Shown here: positions 25,528 through 35,810 of the stretch, piece after piece | Position numbering within the stretch: position 1 is the first letter of the stretch | Layout: each line of letters begins with the position of its first letter | NCBI GenBank assembly: GCA_039024555.1 | Contig: JBCCQQ010000049.1 | Span: forward strand, 1-48,923 | Direction of reading: 5' to 3' | DNA length: 48,923 nucleotides | From: Cyanobacteria bacterium P01_D01_bin.156 | GTDB taxonomy: Bacteria; Cyanobacteriota; Cyanobacteriia; Phormidesmidales; Phormidesmidaceae | Translations under genes and position numbers: made by a program | The notes under the pieces: generated by a model | The model's database searches: none | The model's input: only the letters and a program-made list of their open reading frames with translations | Told to the model about the DNA's origin: nothing

Positions 25528-27672
25528 CTAGGGGGTTAGAAAAACCTGGTGCTCGCCTTCTTTTTGGGCTAACTCATTGGGTGGGCCTTGCAAAAATAAA
25601 CTCCCTTTCTGCAACATAACAACCCAGTCAGCCTGCAAAATTACTCGAGGCCGATGACTAATAATGACTGTTGTTTTTCCTTGACGATAAAACAACAATT
25701 TGTCTAGGACTCGGGCCTCCAGCTCAGGATCAAGGGCACTGGTAGACTCATCTAAAATTAAGACTGCCGGGTCGCTGATAATGGCTCTAGCTAAAGCCAA
25801 TCGTTGTCGTTGTCCCCCTGATAGATTAGCCCCAAATTCTCCTAAAACAGTTTGATATTTTTCTGGCAATTCACCAATAAATTCGTCAGCTTGTGCAATT
25901 TGACAAGCTCGCACCACATCTTCAAACGCAGCATTAGCATTACTACTGTAAAAATTTTCTAGAATAGTGCGACTCCAAAAATGAGCTTCCTGAGGGACTA
26001 AGGTTACCTGTTGGCGCAAACAGTTTAAGGAGAGATCCGCCTGATTGTAAGCACCATAGCGAATATTGCCTGATTGTAAAGGATGCAGTCCGGCAATTAA
26101 CTTGGCCAAAGTGCTTTTACCACAGCCAGATTGACCAATTAATGCCGTTACTTTTCCTCCCGGCAGAGTCAGTGAAAAATCATTTAGCAATCCAACCCGG
26201 CCAGGATGACAAAAATTTAGCTGCTGGCAAACAATATCATCACTGCCAGGTAGATTAACTGTGGGTTTTTGATAATCATCCGGGCTTTCGATGGGGGTGG
26301 TAATCACCTCATCAATACGCTGGGCAGCTACCCGGGCACGAGTAAATTCATCACTCAGCTGCACTAGAGTTTCCATCATGGAGGTAACGTACTGGTTGAG
26401 CGTGTTAAATGCTATTAGCTGACCGATGGTGAGTTGTTGGCGAATCACCAGCCAGCCACCGATCCAGAGGATGGCAATGGCTCCAATAGAAGATACCAAT
26501 TGGGAAAAAATACCATTGGAAACGGCCAGCTGATTCCGTTCTAGAGTCAGTCGTCCTAATCGGCCAAATCGACGCTGAAACTCATCCCAAAAATGAGGAA
26601 CCGCATGGGTCGTTTTTAACGTTAGAGCTCCCTTAAATGTCTCCACCAGTAGTCCCTGATTTTCAGCATCGGTAATCAGGAGATTTTGAGTTCGGACCTT
26701 AAGAATGGGCCAAAATATAATCGTAGAGGCCGTCATTGCAACACTAATGGCAATGGCTACCCCAGCCAGCAAACGACTGTAGGCAACCATCAAGCCAATG
26801 GATACTAATGCCACAAATACCTGAGTTGGCACCGTAATAATGGTTTGGGCAACCAGCTGATTGACGACCTGAATATCTTGTATACGGCTAACCACTTCGC
26901 CACTACGACGAGACTCATAATAATTGAGCGGTAACTGCAACAGCTGACGTCCAAAGTCTAAAACCATTTTTAGTTCTAGCCTTTGGCCAAAGTGCAAAAT
27001 TAAATTTGATTGAGTCCATTGCATGAAACTACGCAAACCATTCATGATCACCACAACAATGGCGACGATGGTTAACATACGTAAATCTTGGCGGACTAGA
27101 ACATCATCCGTTAAAACTTGTATCAGTAATGGCAATGCCAATGCCAGTAGACCAATGCCAAAGTTAAGCAACAGCACTTCGGTCAGTAGCTGCCGATGGG
27201 GCTGCAGTGCCTGGATAAAGCCCCTAAAGCTGCCTACATCATCATTATCATTGGCGTAGAAACGTTCCTCGTCGAGTTCTAGCAACAGCATGACCCGATC
27301 GAGCCAGCCCTGCTCTAGCTGTTCGCGGGTGAGATAACGTAGCCCCACTGCCGGATCTGCAACCACGTAGCGCTTTCGTTGTTGACCATAGAGTACGACC
27401 CAGTGGTACCCCTGCCAATGGATAATGGCTGGTAAGGGTACCTCTGATAGTCGGTCAATTAATACATCGGTTGCCTGAACGGCTTGGGCTTGAAACCCTA
27501 AGGACTCTGCTCCCCGGCGTAGGCCCAGCAGCGTGGTTCCTAGCTGGCCTGTACCGGCCATATCGCGCATGCGACTGACCCGAAAAATACGACCGTAATA
27601 TTTTGAGATTGTTGCAAGACAGGCCGCGCCACAGTCTTCTTGGCTCTGTTGCAAAATAGCTGGATAATTCAT
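25528..27672 (-). CDS. Peptidase C39 domain-containing ABC transporter (PCAT 2)
   Basis: QQSQEDCGAAC, HWQGYHWVV and ADP (Cys/His/Asp intact); GQSGCGKS, LSGGQRQR, ILDESTSALD. Confidence 0.96.
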   Translation of the reverse strand: MNYPAILQQSQEDCGAACLATISKYYGRIFRVSRMRDMAGTGQLGTTLLGLRRGAESLGFQAQAVQATDVLIDRLSEVPLPAIIHWQGYHWVVLYGQQRKRYVVADPAVGLRYLTREQLEQGWLDRVMLLLELDEERFYANDNDDVGSFRGFIQALQPHRQLLTEVLLLNFGIGLLALALPLLIQVLTDDVLVRQDLRMLTIVAIVVVIMNGLRSFMQWTQSNLILHFGQRLELKMVLDFGRQLLQLPLNYYESRRSGEVVSRIQDIQVVNQLVAQTIITVPTQVFVALVSIGLMVAYSRLLAGVAIAISVAMTASTIIFWPILKVRTQNLLITDAENQGLLVETFKGALTLKTTHAVPHFWDEFQRRFGRLGRLTLERNQLAVSNGIFSQLVSSIGAIAILWIGGWLVIRQQLTIGQLIAFNTLNQYVTSMMETLVQLSDEFTRARVAAQRIDEVITTPIESPDDYQKPTVNLPGSDDIVCQQLNFCHPGRVGLLNDFSLTLPGGKVTALIGQSGCGKSTLAKLIAGLHPLQSGNIRYGAYNQADLSLNCLRQQVTLVPQEAHFWSRTILENFYSSNANAAFEDVVRACQIAQADEFIGELPEKYQTVLGEFGANLSGGQRQRLALARAIISDPAVLILDESTSALDPELEARVLDKLLFYRQGKTTVIISHRPRVILQADWVVMLQKGSLFLQGPPNELAQKEGEHQVFLTP

Positions 27673-27952
27673 CTAGGGGCAGAAGCACACCAACAAGGGT
27701 TTCGACTTAGCATGCCCAGTTAGCTACTCAAGCCACGATTTTTGGAGATAGTACCTGTGGTATTTCCGTAGAGTATCAATAAATCTTGAACACCTCAGTA
27801 AATTTGTGCATTGCGTTAGTGACCCATAAATGGGTATAAATTTAAGCTAAGAAATTTGGATAGGGCTAAATTCAGAAGTTGGAAGTTAGCAGTCAGAAAG
27901 ACAGAGAGTTGCGAACTCCCAATTCCGAGCACCAGATATTAGGAAATAATCT

Positions 27953-30543
27953 TTACAGGCTATTACAGCTAATGTTTACACCTGATTGAGAGATGTTGTT
28001 GTTGGTAATGAGTTCAATTTGACCAGTGGCATTGGTATCCCAACTACTAGCCTCAATAAAATTATCAACGGATGGAGAGAGAGATAACTGCTGAGACGGT
28101 GGCACATCTTGAAATAAAGCAGTATCAGAGCGCATATCTGCCCAAGTATTATTGAGCATTAAAATGTTGGTAGGATTAGTGGGGATACCTCCCCGACCGG
28201 TTACAATTAATTCGTTAATGCCCAAATCTGAACAACTTTTCGCAATTTGATGACTGCGGTCATCGACTTTGATAGGTAGCTCAACCAAGCCTGTGTTGGG
28301 ATTAATCTCAATTCCATTGATAGAGACTGTTCCGCTTAATCCAAATTTTGAACTGGCGGTAATATCGCTTTCAGGGGTACGCTGCCTGCGAAACTGGGTA
28401 CCCAGAAGTAGCTGAGTTGAAATTGTAATATTTCCCCCATTGCCTTGGGATGCGTCTGCAAAAATGTCACTATTGTCTAAAGCAATGAGTGCTGGGGTCG
28501 AAATTGTAATATTTCCCCATTGCCGACTCCTGGAGATTCTGTTGTGATGCTGCTGCCATTTCTCAACAACAGGAAGTCGGAAACGTCCAGGCTTATATTG
28601 CCAATTTCTCCAGCTAATGTTCGTCCCTTGATGGTGGCATTGTCCCGCAGTATTACCTGATTTGCCTGAATGCTAGCTACCCCGGCATCCCCCGTTCCCA
28701 GGTTCTGGACAGAGATAGTACTGGGACCATTCATCTCCAAAATTGGAGTCGTAATCGTAACTGTACCAGCATCTCCATCAGATACAGGGTCTAGGTTAAA
28801 GAGCTGCCGCTCCAGGAGGCTTGGAATGATTACCGCAGAGCTAATAGAAGTGTTCTCTAGCTCTGTTACGGGGCTAGAGAGAGCAATTCGTTCTGTGGCG
28901 TTAATGGTAATATTCCCAGCCACGCCATCCCCGGCAGACGTGGCGCTAATGGTACTCGTATTTTGCATATCGAGTAATCGCGTGTCGATTGTCAGGCTCC
29001 CTGCATTTCCTGAACCAAAATTAGAAGAGCTAATTGTGCTGGGTACTTGCGTTGATGACACACGACCTGACAAGTTAATGGTATCTGCCTCAATTGTCAC
29101 ATCACCACCAGCCCCAATATCAACATTAATGCTAGTGATACTGCCCCCTTCCAGCAATGAAACATCGTGGGCTGAGATGTTAACATCCCCTGCTGTACCC
29201 GCAGCCACTGAACCACTCGTGATTGAAGAAGAGATCAGTGGGGATTGGGTATTGAAACCTAAAATCGTTAATTGGTTGCTGACGTTCGCGTCAATCTGAC
29301 CACCATCAGCTGCAGAGTAGGTTGCATTGGTAATCAAACCTCCCCCTTCCATGGTCAGATCTTGGGCCGTTAGTTGTAAATCTCCATTCGTGGTTAACCC
29401 CAGATTTTCGCCGACAATGCCGCTGCTAACCAAGCTAGACGAGTCACTGCCACTGATTAAAAGTTGTTCTGAAGCACTGACGTGAATGGAGCCGCCGGGT
29501 TGGGTGGCGGCAAATCCATTTTGACCTAGTAGTAGGGATGTCTCGGTCAAGCTAACTTGACGGCCTGCTAACTGTAATTGCCCACTTTCTCCTGTAAATG
29601 TATGCACAGGAGAAAGTAAGTTAGTTTGCACGGCAACACCGCTGACATTGGCCAGTGAGTGCTGCTGTAGACTCACATCTTGAAACGTAGCAACACTGTC
29701 ATAGTTGAGGGCAATTCCCGTGGCGGTATTGGAGATGTCTACCTGTTCGCCTGGAGCAACTCCGCCAATTTCCAGATTACCGCTGGGGGCAGTGACCACA
29801 CCATCGTTTAGGGTCACGCCATTTCCCACCAAGGCTAGGGTTTGTCCCGGAGCTACCTGTAAGCCAGTTGTCGGTCCTAGCTGCACATGGGGAGCAAATT
29901 CAGACGGTTGGCCTGTTGTATCTATTTTAGCCAGGGTATGACCGACGCCATTCACACTAATTGCGCCAGAGTTTGCCCCCATCTGTAGACCGATGGGGGC
30001 GTTAACGGTCAGTAATGGCGGTGTTTGTGGATCGCTGGCGCTAAATATGAAATCATTTTCAAAAATTAAGCTATCAGCCGTTGTTGCGATAAAAGAAGCT
30101 GGTAAATTCAGCTGGGCCGTGGGACCCAAAATAATACCTGCTGGATTTAATAGGTACAGATTTGCATTGGCTCCACTCAGCGCTAGCGTACCATTAATAT
30201 CGGATGGATTGTTTCCAGTAACCCGACTGAACACATTTTCAACCTGGGGAGATGCGGTTAAATCAAAGACAGCATTGTCACCTGGCGCTAAAGAGAAATC
30301 TTCAAAACTATGAAACAGATTTTGGTTAGCACCTGTTGTTGTGCCTCCAGTAATAAGATAGCTCCCGACTCCGGTGACTATGGTATTCAAGCTATCGTCC
30401 GCAACTACTTGGGCAAATGTCGTGGGGCAGGCTAATAAAATGTTGACAAATGCCAGGATTGGAATTGCTATTTTCATTAAATTGGCATGGCTACATGAGT
30501 GGTTCGTCAAAACCATTTTTTTGAAACATACCCTATGCTTCAA
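27953..30543 (-). pseudogene. Filamentous-haemagglutinin N-terminal domain beta-helix exoprotein with a single-base frameshift
   Basis: NLFHSFEDFS, SRVTG, LLNPAGI secretion domain and GxAGxxxI repeats. The frame breaks at CCCC 28515-28518; adding one base gives GNGGNITIST...SDITASSKFG.GTV...GLVELP and joins the ORF 27953-28288. Likely start 30477-30543. Confidence 0.85.
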
Positions 30544-30686
30544 AAAAAAGCATAAACCCTTAGTCTCAATATTCTGAGGTTATGCACCGTAGTAACTTAG
30601 TATTGCCCACATTAATCTGAGCCTTAACTCGGAGAGTTTAGCCAAACCTGATTCAGAATGGTAGGAGTCTTGCTTATTACAAAATA

Positions 30687-31373
30687 ATGAGAACTCACTA
30701 CATCGGCCATGACCAGGCTTACCAACGAAGACGAGACGATCCCGAATATGCGGGTTGGATCAAACATGAGGAGGTTGCTGAAGATTGGCAATCGACATGG
30801 CAGCCACTTATGGAGAAACGCGCGTTTCCCAACAGTCAGGGCAAGCTGTTGGAGCTGGGCTGTGGGGCCGGGAATGTGAGTATTGCGTTTGCTCATGCAG
30901 GGTATGAAGTGACAGGCATTGATATCGCTCCCACCGCAATCGCCTGGGCAGCTGAAAATGCCGCAAAAGCCAATGTTCATGTCAATTTCCTTCAGGGGAA
31001 TGTGCTTGAATTAGCCGATATTGCTGATGCTTCGTTTGATATTGCCTTAGATGGTCATTGTTTCCACTGCATTATTGGTCGCGATCGCACACGTTTTTTA
31101 CAGGCTGCCCATCGTGTTCTCAAAGTGGGGGGGATTTTAACAATCTGTACCATGTGTAACGAGGTTCCTAAGACAGAATACTTTCAGGAGCATTTTGATC
31201 CCCAATCTCGGTGTTGTATACATGGTGATATTGCTAGCCGATACATTGGTCATTCCAATGACATACTCCAAGAAGTGATGTCGGCTGGTTTCCAGCTCCT
31301 AGATGTAGAGCTTGTGCCCCCTAGACATCAGGAAGATTTGGCAGATTTGCAGTTGATTGCAGAACGAATTTAA
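30687..31373 (+). CDS. Class I SAM-dependent methyltransferase
   Basis: LLELGCGAG, VTGIDIAP, FDIALD and LKVGG. Confidence 0.92.
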   Translation: MRTHYIGHDQAYQRRRDDPEYAGWIKHEEVAEDWQSTWQPLMEKRAFPNSQGKLLELGCGAGNVSIAFAHAGYEVTGIDIAPTAIAWAAENAAKANVHVNFLQGNVLELADIADASFDIALDGHCFHCIIGRDRTRFLQAAHRVLKVGGILTICTMCNEVPKTEYFQEHFDPQSRCCIHGDIASRYIGHSNDILQEVMSAGFQLLDVELVPPRHQEDLADLQLIAERI

Positions 31374-31558
31374 GTACAGCCTGAAAAGGCTAGCTAATAT
31401 GTGGAGATCTTTTAAGGAGTAGAGTTTGAGTACTCAAGTTATCCTCAGGATGAGCGATGCCAAACGGTTAAGTCATTAGCAAGTTGTTGCAAGGATTACT
31501 TGTATTTCGTACTGGAGCACGTTAGGCTTCCATCCGTAAATACATTGTGGAAGTCAGT

Positions 31559-32023
31559 ATGCAACCCGACCCGAGCCAACCCATTGAAGAGAACTTGTGG
31601 TGGGCAATTCCTGGCAAGTTGGCTGGTGTGCGTCAGCCTGAGGCTGAAGAGCTACCCAAGCTACAAGCAGCTGGTATAGGGGCAATTGTTTCTGTTTTAG
31701 AAGATTCTGCAAATATCTCTCTATATGAATCCGTTCAAATTCCCCATCAATGGCTGCCCATTGAAATTGATGCGGCTCCTAGTATTGAACAGCTGAGTCT
31801 GCTTGAAAACTTTATTGAACAGCAACAGGCTGAAGGTCGAGCCGTTGCCATTCATTGTTCAGGTGGCAAGCACAGGACAGGTACAGCCATTGCTGCTTAT
31901 CTAATTCGCCAGGGCGATTCCTATCAGCAGGCGATGCAAACGCTTTTAACCGCAAACTCGGGCATTGAGCTACCTGATACCCAAGATGATTTTTTACAGC
32001 AACTGGCACAAGAGAGCACGTGA
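31559..32023 (+). CDS. Dual-specificity/tyrosine protein phosphatase
   Basis: HCSGGKHRTG (CX5R). Confidence 0.9.
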   Translation: MQPDPSQPIEENLWWAIPGKLAGVRQPEAEELPKLQAAGIGAIVSVLEDSANISLYESVQIPHQWLPIEIDAAPSIEQLSLLENFIEQQQAEGRAVAIHCSGGKHRTGTAIAAYLIRQGDSYQQAMQTLLTANSGIELPDTQDDFLQQLAQEST

Positions 32024-32330
32024 GCATAGCCTCTCCTACTTGGAACGATACTGTGACAAGAATCGATCGTAACGTCCACAATAACTCTCAGACTAGGCAT
32101 AGGCATTGGTAATTAACGCATCAATGGTAATTCTTGTTGTTTTAGATAATAGAGTGTAAGACGCACTAGCCCTGGACGCCAGCTAATCACCTCAAGGAGG
32201 GGCGTAAGTTGAGCAGTTTCCTTCTGAGGGAATGGTCAACTATCCAATTTTTTAGGCTGTTTTGGTCATAAAGAGTCTTTACTCTTAGTCAGGACTATTG
32301 CAGAGACCCAATTCGTCATTGGTAATTACT

Positions 32331-33074
32331 ATGGATATTGGCATCAACATCGTTGGCCTAGTATTAGCGATTTGTTTGGCACTGGTACATATTTTTGTAA
32401 GCCGAACCCAGTGGCTGGCTAACATTCCCCAACGCTGGTGGATGTCGGTGGCAGGGGGGATTTCGATTGCCTATATATTTTTGGATATTCTGCCTGAGCT
32501 TAGCCATGCTCAAGATGAAATCCTCCATAGCGAAAGTGTCATTATTGGCTATCTAGAGCATCATGTTTATCTACTGGCGTTATTAGGGTTAGCGATTTTT
32601 TACGGTTTGGAGAAGCTGGCCCTAAGATCCCGCTCCCATCATCACGAAAACTATGGCGAAGATTGTACCCATCCAGGTGTTTTCTGGATTCATATTATTT
32701 CATTTGGCATATATAACGGGATTTTGGGGTATCTCCTACGGGAATCGGAAAACCATGGGCTTGTCGCTTGTTTGATTCTCTTTTTTGCCCTGGCACTACA
32801 TTTTTTGGTTAATGATGTTGGCCTACGGGGGCATCACCGGCACATGTATGACCGCATTGGCCGATGGCTATTGGCTGGAGCCATTGTATTGGGGTGGGTT
32901 CTGGGAGAACAATTTCATTTGGATGGAGCTGCGATCGCAGCAATTTGGGCATTAGTGGCCGGGGGGATCATTCTCAACGTCTTAAAGGAAGAGCTGCCGG
33001 AGGAACAAGAAAGTCATTTTGGAATGTTTTGTACTGGAGCTGGGCTATATGCCTTGATATTGCTGGCGATTTAG
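32331..33074 (+). CDS. ZIP-like metal transporter family membrane protein
   Basis: About 8 TMs; AGGISIAYIFLDILPEL, His-rich loop, ALHF..ND and GGIILNVLKEELP. Confidence 0.65.
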   Translation: MDIGINIVGLVLAICLALVHIFVSRTQWLANIPQRWWMSVAGGISIAYIFLDILPELSHAQDEILHSESVIIGYLEHHVYLLALLGLAIFYGLEKLALRSRSHHHENYGEDCTHPGVFWIHIISFGIYNGILGYLLRESENHGLVACLILFFALALHFLVNDVGLRGHHRHMYDRIGRWLLAGAIVLGWVLGEQFHLDGAAIAAIWALVAGGIILNVLKEELPEEQESHFGMFCTGAGLYALILLAI

Positions 33075-33290
33075 GCACTTTGTTGGGCAATCCGAACTCC
33101 ATAGAGCTTTGCTCCTCTCCCAGAGTACTCTAATCAAAACCGTGACTGCGGGTCATCAAAGTCTCGCCATTACCCATTACGATGGACAGTACGGAGTTTC
33201 CTGGACTAAGGCAGGGCTTGAAGCTTACCTGTAGGTCGGGATAAAGTTTCCCATTGAATATCCAAAAAATATTAGCCATATCATTACCAA

Positions 33291-33740
33291 ATGCAATTGC
33301 AACCTATTGAACCTAGTCATTTAAGAGAGTGTGCCAACTTATTTGTCTCAGTCTTCAGTAATTCACCTTGGAATGAAACATGGAAGCATGAGGTAGCTTT
33401 AAGGAGATTGAAAGACTGTTATAATTTTCCAGAATCTTACGGTATTGTGGCGATCTCAGAAGAAAAAGTTCTTGGCTTTGCTATTGGTTACATTGAGGTA
33501 TGGCATGAAGGTCAACATTTCTACTTGAGAGAAATGTGTGTTCAGTCTACCCATCAGCGAAGTGGAATTGGTACGAAAATAATGGATGTACTTTACCAAG
33601 ATCTGACAAGTAAAGGTATCAGCATGATTTATCTATTGACGATGCGAGATAGTCCAGCCGCAGCCTTCTATGAAAAGTGTGGGTTTTCAAATCAACCTAA
33701 AATAACTATGATGCTGAAAACAACAACGTCACGTTCATAG
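33291..33740 (+). CDS. GNAT family N-acetyltransferase
   Basis: PWNETW, VQSTHQRSGIG and FYEKCGF. Confidence 0.9.
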   Translation: MQLQPIEPSHLRECANLFVSVFSNSPWNETWKHEVALRRLKDCYNFPESYGIVAISEEKVLGFAIGYIEVWHEGQHFYLREMCVQSTHQRSGIGTKIMDVLYQDLTSKGISMIYLLTMRDSPAAAFYEKCGFSNQPKITMMLKTTTSRS

Positions 33741-33982
33741 CACTCCCTTGATTTAGGAACACCAGTCTCAGCCACTGGCGGTAGGCTTCTTGCCTTAGCC
33801 TAGCTAATTTATTAGATAGGTAAGTTCTGACATTATGAAGTTGCTGAGCTGTGAACCTCTAGTGTTGAACTGGTTAGATTGCAACCAGCTAAGACAATCC
33901 TGAAAATTGTTTAGTAGTATGCATTCTCTACTAAAACTTCTTCTGTATCACGACAATAATATAATTAGCAGCTCGTTGAACA

Positions 33983-34729
33983 ATGGAAAAAGTTTTGGTC
34001 ATTACAGGAGGGAGTCGTGGCATTGGTGCTGCTACGGCTTTGCTTGCGGGCACACAAGGGTATGCGATTTGTGTGAATTATTTACATAATCAAGCAGCCG
34101 CGCAACATATTGTCGGTGAGCTGGAAAAGATGGGAGCTCGTGCGATCGCTGTTGCTGCTGATGTCGCATCTGAGGATCAGGTCAATCATCTTTTTGAAAT
34201 GGTGGACAAACAGCTTGGTCGGATAACAGCTTTGGTTAACAATGCTGGAATTCTAGAACAGCAAATGCGGGTTGAAAAAATGGATGCGACTCGTTTGAAC
34301 CGGATTTTTGCCGCAAATGTCACTGGGAGCTTTCTGTGTGCAAGAGAAGCCATTAAGCGAATGTCCATCAGGCAAGGGGGCCTTGGAGGGGCAATTGTCA
34401 ATGTCTCCTCGGTGGCATCGCGTTTGGGAGCACCCGGTGAATATGTCGACTATGCAGCCTCAAAAGGGGCCATCGACTCAATGACCATTGGGCTATCGAA
34501 GGAAGTTGCAGAGGAAGGAATTAGAGTGAATGCGGTACGTCCTGGTTTTATCTACACCGATATTCATGCTGATGGTGGTGAACCTAATCGAGTTGACCGT
34601 GTCAAAGACTTTTTGCCTATGAAGCGAGGGGGGCAAACCAGTGAGGTGGCAAATGCTATTTTATGGCTGCTCTCTGACCAAGCCTCGTATACGACAGGGA
34701 CATTTATTGAGGTGGCAGGGGGCAAGTAA
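33983..34729 (+). CDS. SDR family oxidoreductase
   Basis: TGGSRGIG, NNAG, NVSS and YAASK. Confidence 0.95.
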   Translation: MEKVLVITGGSRGIGAATALLAGTQGYAICVNYLHNQAAAQHIVGELEKMGARAIAVAADVASEDQVNHLFEMVDKQLGRITALVNNAGILEQQMRVEKMDATRLNRIFAANVTGSFLCAREAIKRMSIRQGGLGGAIVNVSSVASRLGAPGEYVDYAASKGAIDSMTIGLSKEVAEEGIRVNAVRPGFIYTDIHADGGEPNRVDRVKDFLPMKRGGQTSEVANAILWLLSDQASYTTGTFIEVAGGK

Positions 34730-34799
34730 ACAAGGTCAACCTAACGTTTAGGCGTAAATGAAATGGATTAACTTTTCACTCAAGTTATGGAGTAACTCG

Positions 34800-35192
34800 A
34801 TGGAGAATCTATCACTGTTAGCCACACTGCGCGAACTAGAATGTGAACTTCATCAACCTGAGTGCCGTAGGAATCGAGATCGATTGGCACAGTTGCTTGC
34901 TCCTGATTTCAGAGAATTTGGTCGATCGGGCGCAACATACACCCGTGATTATCAACTGATGTCATTGCCAAGTGCTCCGAATTCACCACAGATTCACGTT
35001 CAAGACTTTGTTGTGAACCAGCTTTCAGATGCGATCGCATTACTCACCTATCGAAATGCCCATGTAAGTCCATCAGGGGAGTTAATCTGTCATACTAACC
35101 GATCGGCAATTTGGCGATTAGGTTCATCAGGATGGCAAATGGTGTTTCATCAAGGTACACCCACAGGCCCTTTTGACCAATCTGTGAGTTAA
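34800..35192 (+). CDS. NTF2-like DUF4440 protein
   Basis: LLAPDFREFGRSG and RSAIW...WQMVFHQGTP. Confidence 0.85.
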   Translation: MENLSLLATLRELECELHQPECRRNRDRLAQLLAPDFREFGRSGATYTRDYQLMSLPSAPNSPQIHVQDFVVNQLSDAIALLTYRNAHVSPSGELICHTNRSAIWRLGSSGWQMVFHQGTPTGPFDQSVS

Positions 35193-35384
35193 AAACTAAG
35201 CACATTGGCACTTTGACCATGTTGTTTTAGGAAAAGAATTATTCTCTATAGCAATGAGAGAGCTATTGCTTCATAAAAAAAGGCACTGCAGGCGTTCTGT
35301 CATCGACACCCATAGCAGTACCTAGTAAAATTCAAAATCTGCGATTACTTTCCTATGCCCGATATCATGTTACGGGCGAGTCAA

Positions 35385-35660
35385 TTAGCCCCCAGCAACA
35401 GCTGGTACAATACTCACCTCATCACCATCATTAAGAGCTGTTTCTTTACCGTCTAAGAAACGAATATCTTCGCTGTTCACGTAGAAATTCACGAACCGAC
35501 GGAGCTCACCGTCATCATTACACAAGCGCCCCTTGATGCCAGGAAACTTAGCTTCTAGGGAATCTAATAGCCCAATAATGTTATCACCACCAATCTCAAT
35601 GGTAGCTTCATTGTTGGTGAATTTTTGCAGCGGAGTGGGAATGAGAACTTTAACAGCCAT
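35385..35660 (-). CDS. MoaD/ThiS/CysO-family sulfur-carrier protein
   Basis: Ubiquitin-like 91 aa; [13 protein letters not shown] and C-terminal PAVAGG. Confidence 0.93.
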   Translation of the reverse strand: MAVKVLIPTPLQKFTNNEATIEIGGDNIIGLLDSLEAKFPGIKGRLCNDDGELRRFVNFYVNSEDIRFLDGKETALNDGDEVSIVPAVAGG

Positions 35661-35766
35661 GAAAACAACAATTCAAAAGAGAAACAAAAGTGTAGGTTGG
35701 GTTATTAGCAAATATCTAAATCCAAACACGACGGGATTTTACACATTTTTAACCCAAACTTAGTGG

Positions 35767-35793
35767 ATAGGGTGCGTTAACAACACACCCTAT
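35767..35793. repeat. Short intergenic inverted repeat
   Basis: ATAGGGTG-cgttaacaaca-CACCCTAT between thrC and the moaD-like gene. Confidence 0.5.
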
Positions 35794-35810
35794 GAAATCG
35801 ATGATTGGTA

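Noticed and set aside
27870..27930. Heptamer-like repeats (CAGAAGT-type)
   Set aside because: Too degenerate to define; at most an eroded cyanobacterial short tandem repeat.
28670..30313. Antisense ORFs over the haemagglutinin gene, and similar shadow ORFs such as 48494-48790, 13888-14118 and 30624-30980
   Set aside because: They are opposite-strand shadows of well-supported genes and show no recognisable motifs.
33140..33240. yybP-ykoY riboswitch-like GGCGAGAC on the minus strand near the ZIP-like gene
   Set aside because: The 5' GGGGAGUAGC element is missing and the position and strand are wrong; it looks more like a short coding remnant (…YGVSWTKAGLEAYL*).
30687..35192. Run of six co-oriented small genes as a second cassette array (CALIN)
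   Set aside because: Only isolated core-like words occur (GTTAGGC near 31521, GTTAGAT near 33873, ACCTAAC-GTTTAGGC at 34739-34753), with no paired L boxes or similarity to attC1/2. A fully eroded array cannot be excluded.
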